Part shown: piece after piece, positions 34,875-44,745 of the stretch
Position numbering within the stretch: position 1 is the first letter of the stretch
How the letters are laid out: every line of letters starts with the position of its first letter
Source: Paraspadella gotoi
Lineage: Eukaryota; Animalia; Chaetognatha
Assembly (NCBI GenBank): GCA_051294375.1
Contig: CM119263.1
Span: forward strand, 1,753,664 to 1,817,663
Direction of reading: 5' to 3'
Length of the DNA stretch: 64,000 bases
Notes under the pieces: model-generated
The model's input: only the letters and a program-made list of their open reading frames with translations
Databases searched by the model: none
What the model was told of the DNA's origin: nothing
Position numbers and translations under genes: made by a program

Positions 34875-36950
34875 TTATTGCAATGACCGGTTTCAATTTT
34901 TTGGATTTTCTTTGTTTCGAAGTCACGTTTGAATTTTGGTTTTAAATAATCAGTCAAATTTAATGGTTTATTAGTTTAGCTTGAAAAGTTATTATAATAG
35001 TTATGATATAGTTATGATAATGTATAAACAGCATTCATCGTTGAGGGAATTTCCTGGGTATTTAATCAGTTAGAGGGCACAAAACGATTCCATGAGGGAA
35101 ATATAAAAATACCTTGCTGTGTGAATGTTCGTCAAACGTTACAAATGTGACAAACGTGACAGCTATCGCCGAGAGAAATATTTAATGCTTGCTTACTTTA
35201 TCATAAACCGGTTTTAATTCTTTCCTCCAATATTTTTAATTTTAATGAAAATCACGTTGCCTTAGCCTCGTGACTTTGTCCAAAGAGGTAGAACAAAAAA
35301 AGCCGCGAAAGGAATTGACTTATACATAAATCTATTTTCAAATTTTCAAATAATAATTTCTATTTCTCTGATATTCTATTAGTATTGAGGATTTTACCGT
35401 AACGCCGTGAGCGAGCTAGTGTTTTCTGACTTGCTATTTATTTATAGAGATTCGAAGAATGTAAATTTAGTAATATTTATTGTAGTAGACATAACATGAG
35501 CGTGAGACGTGAAGCAAGTAGAAGGGAGACTATTTCTAAAGATACAAAAAAAAATAACTTATTAAAAATAGTCAACTTTAAGCTTAACCATAAAATTACA
35601 AAATATCGTTTTAAATGCTTACCGACTGTCACGAATCATTGGTAACTTATCCTCTTAGTTTTAGGTAAGCACATCTCTTTTATATCTTTGGTTAAGGCAC
35701 AATCATAAGGACTAACCAATCAGAGAGCGACGTTTAAAATACTTGATCAATCAGATACTTCGTAAGCAACAAAAATACGAATTCAATAATAAAAAGGGCA
35801 TCAAACAACCGAGAGACTATCTCGTAACAAATAAAAATTTAACAATTAGATTCCAATATTTTGAAGTCATACCATTACAGGCAAGATCAAATTTAAAAAT
35901 CAATATCAGTTTTATTTTATTTTTGACTACAACCAAGTTTTTTTTCGCTCGCTCGACGTTTTTTTCCGCGACCACTGGTTATTAAAAAGACGAGGCTTCC
36001 GCTCGAAATTCACTTTCTGCCGACGCGATTCCGTTTTACTTTTAAACTCATTCGACACAAAAGGAAATCGATCCTCTACGGAATAAATTGCTATAAGAAG
36101 TTCACAATGTTGAAAATTCTGGCAATCACGCTCATCGCTCTCGCGATTTACGGTAAATGATGATTTTTGATTTTTGATTCGGCGATTCCATTTCCACGGA
36201 GATCGCCCGAGTCTCCGATCCGATTTGCTTTTGGTGGCTTGATACTCCTGCGATGGTATGTTGAGTCTGAACTTGAGAGAGAATAAAACTCGTTTTTTGT
36301 AAACTCAATATTAAAAGGCAACGCAACGAAAGTCTTTTCACTATGATTGTTGTAAGGTGTAAAATGAGGATTGTGGACGAACCATTACATTCGAGAATTT
36401 TTTTCACAGGATTTACTTCGGTCGACGCTTCACCGAGGAAAAGAAGGAGTTTGGAGGAAAAAGTTTTCGATAAGAGAAGAATGGAAGGTAATTGACTTTC
36501 ACAACTAATAATTAAACTATTCAGTATGGAATTGGCAGTATGCAATTGGCATGCAAAAACCTACTTCATAATTCCATTCACAGACCCTTCTTCTATGCAT
36601 CGCGGTTTCGAGAAAACATTTTTCCAAAAGAAGAGCAAAGCCGAAGGTACAAGATATTTATACTAATTGCGTTAATAAGAAAATCTGAGGAGAGTTTATC
36701 GTATGTATTCTTCTTATGATAACTTGCTTTTTATTTTTTAATACTCATTTACAAAAAAATAACTATTAAAACTATGGAGGTATTATTTGACATGATAAGT
36801 ATTCTAGGATATTAATTACTAATGAGTAACGACTATACTTGTCTTTAATCCATTGATTGGTAATTGTTTCTTTTGATAATGTGATTCGCTCATGAAAATA
36901 AATGAAATTCTGAATGTTTGAAAACATTTATATTATTAATGTTGTGATTG

Positions 36951-37026
<76 letters not shown>

Positions 37027-37085
37027 CATTATTATCATTATCATTATTATCATTATTATCATTATTATTTTTATTATTTTTATTA

Positions 37086-37161
<76 letters not shown>

Positions 37162-40031
37162 CATAATTATTGACAACTAAATAGAAAACGGTTACCCACC
37201 TGAAGGACATCTCGAGAGTCTCGCGAAGATCCTGGCTTCGCATCCCGAGACGAGAGAACTCGTTGAAGAGCTCCTCGAAGAAAAGAAGGAAGAGGGATCT
37301 GGATCGGGAGACAACGACCAAGGACAAAGCGACCAAGGACAAAACGACCAAGGACAAAACGACCAGGAACTACTATCGTGGATCCAATACATTTATGGAA
37401 GTAAGTGTAAAAACTTTAAGAAATATGTCGCAAATAGGTTTGCCCACTTTATCCTTATTTTCCCAGAAAGCCCCTTTTCATTTTTAAATTCGAAATTAGG
37501 TTAACTTTTTTTAATTAAATATTAGGTAGAAGGTTAGAGTTATGGATTAGGTTAAGGATTAAAGTTAGGGATTAGGGTTTAATGTTAAAGGTTATGGATA
37601 GAAATTAGGGATAAAGCTTTAGGAAAAGGAGTACCAAAGTATTTCTTTCTCTCTCTCTCTCGCAGATAATCGAACGGAAATTAAAGATTTCTTTCCTTTC
37701 TGCGAAAACAAGGACGAAAAATACACTGAGCTTCTTTGCGCCTCCCAGACGGGCTGGTGGTTCTGCAGGGAGCGTTGTCTCGCCTTTTACATTTCGAACA
37801 CAGACCTGACTAAATGCGAGAACAAATGGAACGATGATCAATGCCAGACGGCGGTAGCAAAGGGCCTTTGCGGTATGTTCAACGATGAATCTGCCAATTG
37901 CGCCGCCAGCTGCTTTCATTACCGATGGCACAGGTCTTGCAACGAGCACGACTATTGGTACATGGAACCGATTTCTTTTTTCTTTTAGAATGAACAAAAA
38001 AAGTCTTTAATTTGGCAGCCTTAATTTTTTTTTGCTGAAAAGTAAAAGAATAAAATTCTATTTATCGTAACGGCGTAAATTTGTTTTTCATTTTAACAAT
38101 GTATATACATTAGAATCTGTCACTCTTGCCTTTTGATAAAAACATTTTTTTGATGCCCTAATCGGTATAAAGGTTGAAAAAGAAAAACCTAAGTTGTAGT
38201 TCATTCAAATAGCGATGTCGCCGGCGATTCACGCACGAGTCGCAGGTGTGGTTCTAGTTGGTTGGCGACTTCGCCATGGCGATATCGCCAGGGCCCTGGC
38301 GATGTCGCCAGTACCCCCAGTGGCGACCTCGCCAGTGATAAAAGTAGCGAATATAATGAAAAGCGCGAGTTAAAGAAGAGGCTCGCAGCTAACACGGGGA
38401 TGAACACATCACCCACGGGCTCCTCTCCCAACCCTAACCCTAAACAAGACCTCCCATTAAACCCTTACGCTAACCGCCTTTGACACGTCAACCACGGGCC
38501 CCTCCCCCAACCCTAACCCTAAACCAGGCCTCCCATTCAACTCTGTTCCTCTCCCCTAACCCGGGTCTGGGCCTCCTGTACATCTCGGTGCCTCAACCCT
38601 AACCCTAACCGCCTTCGATGCATCAACAACGGGCCCCTCCCCAAAGGAAGCCCGTGTTAGAGTTAGGGAAGGTATTGGCGAGGGACATTAGGGATTAGGG
38701 TTGAGGCACGAAGATGTACTGGAGGCCTAGGTCTGGTTTAGAGTTAGGGTTGGGAGAAAGACCCGTGGGTTATATATCGAAGGCGGTTAGGGTTAGGGTT
38801 GAGGTACGGAGATGTACGGGAGGCCGAGCCTGGGTTAGGGTTAGGGGAGAGGCAGGGAGTTGAACGGGAGGCTCAGTTTAGGGTTAGGGTTGGGGAAGGG
38901 GCCCATGGTTAATGCATCGAAGGCGGTTAGGGTTAGGATTGAGGCACGGAGATGTATGGGAGGCCCAGGCCCGGGTTAGGGTTAGGGGAGAGGCACAGAG
39001 CTGAAACGGTAGGCCCGGTTTAGGGTTAGGGTTAGGGTTGGGGGAGGGGCCCGTGGTTGATGTGTCGAAGGCGGTTAGGGTTAGGGTTTAATGGGAGGTC
39101 TGGTTTAGGGTTAGGGTTGGGAGAGGAGCCCGTGGGTGATGTGTTCATCCCCGTGTTAGCTGCGAGCCTCTCCTTTAACTACTTTTTGCTACTTTTATCA
39201 CTAGCGAGGTCGCCAGTGGGGGTACTGGCGACATCGCCAGGGCCATGGCAATATCACCATGGCGAAATCGCCAACCAACTAGAGCCATACTTTCATGATT
39301 TTAAATATCGAATGATTGCGTATTTGAAACCATAACAACGAATCAGTTGAATTCTCCCGCTTTTTAGTTAATTTTTCTAAATAATCAATCATACAATGCT
39401 TTTAATAAATGTTTGACAATATTTCTCGTGTTTTTATTACAGTTGTTAGACAATAGTTAGAAACACTCTTACTATCTAGGAAAAGAAGTATATCACATAA
39501 TTGTTGAGAAGTTCATTTATTCAAAAAATATGGGTAAAGCATTTTCAAAATTGGGTGTGCCCTCCCTCGACATTGACTACTGCCTAAATTCGGCTGGGTT
39601 AATTAGTTTGATTACAGTGATGAACAATCGAGGGACACCTCGACGCTTCGGTGACCATGTTCTTCTCCGATCAATGCCCCCCCTCGATCACTCAACCCCT
39701 CCGTTATACCGCCCACTCTCCCCCCCCCCGGCCAGAGGGACACCTCGACGCTTCGGTGACCATCTTCTTCTCCGATCACGGAATTCGTTTCGGAAGAATT
39801 CGCGACGTCTTCGTCGGAAAACTCGAGGAGCGACTTCCCTTCCTCTTCATCCTTCTCCCAGAGAGGCTCAAGGCACGAAGAGAGATTATAAAGTAAAATT
39901 CGTTACGTAAAAAGGCGCTATCGCCTAAATCTCCGTATTTTTTCGGAGATCCAATTAGAAACGAGAAAGAAGAAAAGGCGAAGATAAGGAGGAGGAAGAG
40001 GAGGAGGAGTTAATTTTTAGTCTCGGAAAAA

Positions 40032-40071
<40 letters not shown>

Positions 40072-41851
40072 ATGCTAGTGCGGAGTACAATAAGTATTCC
40101 CCGATCTAATACTAAGGGAGTGGTCTTTTCATACAATTGAAACATTCTTTGAAATATTTTCCACTTCATTGATAGGGAAGCCAGGTACTCTGGGAGTGAA
40201 TGAACGGGACTGTGAGAGAGTCTTGATTGAAAGCTTGCAGGGACCTGCTATGTAATTATCTTGTAAGAGTGATGGAGGCCTTAAACCAGCAAAGCCTGTC
40301 CAAAGTCAGGGGCAAGATAGCTTATTTATTAAATGAATGGATAATTTTTATATTGGTTGTACCAATTTCATAAACATTTAAATATAAATAATTAATTCCT
40401 GATGTCAGATGACGAGACCAGACCTTCACGAAAATCTCATCGAAAACTCTAGGAAACTCGTCACCGGATTCGACGTCCACGAGACGTTGCTGCATTTACT
40501 GCGGCTGCAGCACCAGCCGCTGATGCGTCACTCGCCGCAGCCGCTTGACGAGGCTGATGAAGGAAAAGCCAATGGGTGCGTGTGAATACAAAAATGGTGT
40601 TAGATTTTACGAAGCACGTCACACGTGGACGAAAAATCTTGACGATTGAAATAAAAAGCAAAGAGCTTTAAAAACTATCAAATATTTTTCTTAAAATAAA
40701 GTTATTAATATTATAATTCATCCTATAGTTCCATATCTCATTTTATAAATTTTGTTTACTGTAAATCAAGCTAAATAAAAAAAAATTGGGCACAATTTAT
40801 TGCCTCTTTACTTTTCATTATATTTTCTTTACTTTTATTCGCTTCTTTCATCCCCGTTTCCTTTCACCCCCTGACACCCCCTTCATTCGCTAGCCATCCC
40901 TCAAACACCCCGACCAACCCCTCCAACACTCTGTCCACATCTTCCAACTCCTTCTTCCGCCACTCCCTCCTCGCACGCATCCCAGCCAATCGCACGTGCG
41001 CCGACGCGCTCATCCTTCCTCATTGGTGCACGTGTCAGTTGGAGCGGGCCGTCAACGCCAGCGGCGGGGTGGTTAGGGTGGTCGCCCAGTATCTCGTCAA
41101 TAAGGTAGGGGAAGTGAAAGATTGGGAGAAGAAAGGAGGGACAGAATGAGTAGATACAGGATTTGGACTTAAAACTTACCCCCCCCCTAGGAAAAATTAC
41201 TAATTACCTCGATAATTTGTATTTAATGATATATCTGAGGAATTTCCTTTTATCAATCATTTGATTGGTCATTTAAATAATAATAATAAAAGAAGAAAGA
41301 AAGAAAGAAAACGAACAAGCAGGAAAGAAAGAAAGAAATAAAGCTAAAAAAAGAAGAAAAGAAAGCGAGAGAAAAAGAAAGAGATACAAAAATATTAAAA
41401 AATACAGATAAGAAAGTATATAAATCAACTAATTTTAAATCCTCTTCAGATCAACTCGCTCCTCTTCCCCCACCCCTCCTCTTCCTCCTCCTCCCCCTGC
41501 GCCCGCCTCCGCCTCGTTCGCGTCACCAGCGCCTACTCCTCTTCCCCGAGCGAAAAGCTCCTCTCCTTCCGTCGCTCCAGCAAAGAGGTCCTCAACCGTC
41601 ACGTGATCTACGGACGACCCGTTCCGGGCGTCGTCGACTTTTTGGTGACGGTGAGGACGGCGCCGGGGGGCGGGACCTTCGAGGGGACCGTCAGAGTTTG
41701 GGCGGCGCGGAGTGGTGGCGGTGGCGGTGGCGGAGCAGCACCGGAAGGGAAGAAGATGACGCTGGAGGGCGGGATAAGTCGAATCGACGTCTACGGAAAC
41801 TCGTCGTCCTGCGTCGATGAGAATTTGCAAAAATATTGTTTTTGCAAATGA
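31106..41851 (+). CDS. DUF229-family type II membrane protein, paralog 2 (764 aa, 10 exons)
   Basis: Exons 31106-31370, 31838-32076, 32661-33058, 33490-33636, 33907-34075, 34642-34801, 39736-39872, 40409-40575, 40894-41104, 41450-41851 join into one frame. Motifs IGIDSVSRQNFIRQFP, YNKVADNT, PTDHYYRPF, FFSDHGIRFG, IPANRTC..HWCTC, QKYCFC. Intron 39873-40408 is GC-AG. Confidence 0.88.
32140..32293 (+). mobile_element. Partial copy of repeat family 2; a more degenerate copy follows at ~32365-32590
   Basis: gagtcttgattgaaagcttgcagggacc...atattggttgtaccaatttcata. Confidence 0.75.
35716..36015 (+). promoter_or_regulatory. Putative core promoter of the nested ShK-like gene
   Basis: CCAAT box (accaatcag ~35716), TATA-like TATTAAAA at 35980, and Inr-like TCACTT at 36010-36015, with the Inr A 32 nt after the TATA start. 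ATG lies at 36107. Confidence 0.45.
36107..37988 (+). CDS. Nested secreted prepro-protein with ShK-like cysteine-rich domains (241 aa, 5 exons)
   Basis: Exons 36107-36152, 36410-36487, 36584-36646, 37185-37400, 37666-37988; all introns GT-AG, phase 1. Signal peptide MLKILAITLIALAIYGFTSVDA, RKRR and KRR sites, acidic spacer (EEGSGSG, DQGQN repeats), then CENKDEKYTELLCASQTGWWFCRERC and CENKWNDDQCQTAVAKGLCGMFNDESANCAASCFHYRWHRSC. AATAAA at 38049. Confidence 0.85.
36950..37165. repeat. (TAT)n microsatellite in intron 3 of the nested gene
   Basis: Long TAT run with TCA/TTT variants. Confidence 0.95.
38246..39290. mobile_element. Foldback/MITE-like element with long inverted arms and internal (CCCTAA)/(TTAGGG)-rich subrepeats
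   Basis: 38246-~38500 is the reverse complement of ~39050-39290 (gtgtggttctagttggttggcga / tcgccaaccaactagagccatac). The left interior is C-strand and the right interior is G-strand telomere-like repeat. Confidence 0.85.
40069..40372 (+). mobile_element. Most complete copy of repeat family 2, inside the GC-AG intron of DUF229 paralog 2
   Basis: Starts after (TA)n with ttgatgctagtgcggagtac and ends in the hairpin attggttgtaccaat-ttcata. Other copies at 43857-43980(-), 47342-47543, 48355-48585, 48868-49105, 63960-63995. Confidence 0.8.
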
Positions 41852-43147
41852 CAAATGAGCAAATGAACATTGATTTACTTTCTTACAACATTATTCAAGT
41901 AGATTGTTTGTTGAAAAATCCTTTTTTTGGGTTGTTTTTTTTTTAGTACAGTTTTTATAGTTTATTTAGATAGTCTTTTATAGATTAGGATAATGAATTC
42001 TCGGTTAGATAGCTCGTTTTAATTTTAACAAGATGCAAATTATTACAGTTTAAATCATCACCTTCGAGAGTTTATCTACAGTTTTTAAAAATTTGTACAA
42101 GAAATTGTTCTATCTGTGTGGGTTGGGTCATTATACATCTGGGATATTAACTAAACTGGCCAATTGTATAATTATTTAAAATAAGGAATGGTAAATCCAA
42201 AGCGTTGCGCCGCATTTTTCTTTTGATTACTATATTAGTTTATGATCTGGTAATTAAATAAAAATAAGTAGTTTTTATAATTTTTAAAAAAATTAATTGA
42301 AAACAGTCAGACAGACTAACGAGCTGACCGACCAAAAAGAGACTTATAAAGCTGCTACGCGAGTACTCACTGCGTAAAAATAAAAATGGTGAATATAAGT
42401 GTATGTACTACCAAGAAACTGCTAAGAAAAGTTGGATAATTACTCAAATATTATATGAAAGGGCATGGCATGGCATGGCAGTGCTTAAGAGATAAAACAT
42501 TCTTTAGATTCTTTAGCTTTTTCTCTTTTTCCTCTTCTCTGCCGGCGAATCCCACTGAAGAGGCATTTTCACGTTATACAGTTTCTCGGGTAAGTAATCC
42601 TGACCGCCGCCGGGTAGTTTGATTTGGAGGAAATGAGAGAAAAAGAGGGGAAAAAAGCGAAAAAAAATTAATTAAATTCAATTACAATATCTCTTTTATT
42701 TAGTTTTTAAATTACCTGGGGTTCTAACAACAAATCTTTGTCGTGGGGGAAAACGACGCCGCTGTTCTTTTGTTTCTCTTGATACTGTATTCGAGCGTCC
42801 TCTATCGGCAAATAGTCTTGCTCTTTTATCGGCGTCATGGGAGAATCGCCGACGAATGGACCAGTGAGACTAATGTGGGGTTGTTGCTCCAGCTCGATCT
42901 CATCCGAGGATGGAACCATTTTAACCCTTTTAGAAGAAAATGTGATTCGTGAAGTTTCATTGTGATGTAAAAATATAAAAAAAACTACGATGATTAAAAA
43001 ATTAAAGGAAAGCGAGACATAAACTTTATAACCATATGACTAAATAAAGTGTTTTTAGGTTTTAAAATATTTAATATTCATTCATTTAATATTGAAATTA
43101 GTTTCATTATGGTATTTCTGTGCGTTTTTAAAATGTTTATTTGTCAA

Positions 43148-43186
43148 ATATTTCGGAACTGTTTTTCAGTCCATCATCAGTGGCAG
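43148..43186 (-). ncRNA. Degenerate Penelope-type hammerhead motif
   Basis: Minus strand: TGCCA-CTGATGA-T-GGACTG-aaaaa-CAGTTCC-GAAA-TATTTGACA. Core and stem II present; cleavage-site region degenerate. Confidence 0.45.
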
Positions 43187-44554
43187 TGAAAAAAAACATG
43201 ATTTGATACACGGAAAGATAATATGAGACAGAAAGAGACAGGTAAAGGGAAAAAAAGTGGTCAAAAATCTTAATTATTTATATGTAATATTATTTAATAT
43301 TATTGGGATTGACTTCTGGCAATAGAGAGATTATCTTTACATACAAGGTTAGATTACTTTCTGCACTAGTTTTCTAATAGATATCATACATTATTTCTGT
43401 TGGAAAATCATAAATTAGAAAATCATAATATCTAAAAGGTTGAACAAAACAGGTGGATATGGATATTTTTTGGGGATATATTAAGAATATTTATATTAAG
43501 GTTATAATTATATATATAAATGATTATTTTTACTATTAAGGAAGAATCTTATGTTCTGAGAGGCATTACGTACTGGGGAATCTTTTATAGGGGCAATGTA
43601 ATTTTAAAGTAATAGTTAAAATGTATTTTTTTAAACGATTTAATATGTATTATCAACTGAGTGATTCTTACTTTGGGCTGAGGAGACAAACGAGCAGCGT
43701 GTAATAGTGACCGTTTCTCATGCAGCCTGGAATCACAGCGCAACCGATCCTCTCTGTGTTCATCATCTGAAAGGTGAATTCACGGTTATTAAGAATAGAG
43801 AGATAATTGTATCATTGAAGGAAAAACTCATGGATTTCTTAAAAGATTAAATTTTATTAAATTGCTACAACCAATGTAAAAATTATCCAATCGTTCAATA
43901 GACTAACTGTCTCGCTCCTGACTCAGAACAGACTATGGTTGATTAAGCCCTCTGTCACTCTTACAAGATAATAACATTGCAGTAAAAGTGAAGGAAGATG
44001 TGAAACATTGGATCATTTCAACAATATTTTACAATCCATTTTTTAAATTTTCTTATTCAAATTTTGTAATTTTTTGTTACATTTTAAGCATATTTTTCTT
44101 TATAATTATACGATTTTACTATTTGTACATTAAATAATAATTTGACCTATATCATCATTCTCGCGCCCCCAAACCTTTCTCTCGAACCCTCTCAGCCCCG
44201 CCCCCGGCCCCCCCACCCCTCGACTTCAAACCACCGCCTTGTATTCTCCCGCGTAGTCCGGCGGCCGCGAGCCACACCTCCACGATCCGCTTGAGGTCCT
44301 TCCACTTCGCGCCACGGCGTCAAGAGCGTCGAAGAGCGGGGGAGAAGCGAGACGCCGGTGGCGCCACGCCGCGAGTGAAATGGGTCAGTTGTGATTGATT
44401 CTAGGGGGGGTTGGTGATAGTGGTGGGTGGGCGGGTGAGGGAAGATGGCGGGAAAAGGGGAAACAACGCGATTTAAGGCTTCGAAGTATTCGTTTACGTT
44501 CGGACTCTGATTACAGAAAAATGTAAAGTGACCACAATTGTAAATAAGGTTTTA

Positions 44555-44745
44555 AATAATAATGGCAACGAGGGAGACGTCCGTGATTCCCGGGCTGTGA
44601 GACATCTCATGCACTGCTGGCGCTCACAGGTTTAGACGTGAAAGGACCTCTCTAAGTTGCGACCGGCGCCGTCACACTCTAACCGGCGTCACGTGCGGGA
44701 ATCGAACTATTGAGTTTAACGTCGGAAAGCGAGTTGTTTAACAAT
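44555..44745 (-). mobile_element. tRNA-derived SINE-like element
   Basis: Minus strand: ctcgctttccgac...AGTTCGATTCCCG (B box), GC-rich body, (ATT)n tail near 44556. Confidence 0.55.

Noticed and set aside
36890-37357. Poly-Asn/Ile/Leu ORFs
   Set aside because: They come from the (TAT)n intron and the antisense or alternative frames of the nested gene's exon 4.
38430-39120. Telomere fusion site or true telomere
   Set aside because: Orientation is CCCTAA then TTAGGG (opposite to a fusion), the runs are short and interrupted, and they are enclosed by transposon-like inverted arms.
40554-40575. CTGATGAAGGAAAAGCC as a ribozyme (also 14014, 15620, 24405)
   Set aside because: These lie within coding exons and lack the stem II/GAAA geometry.
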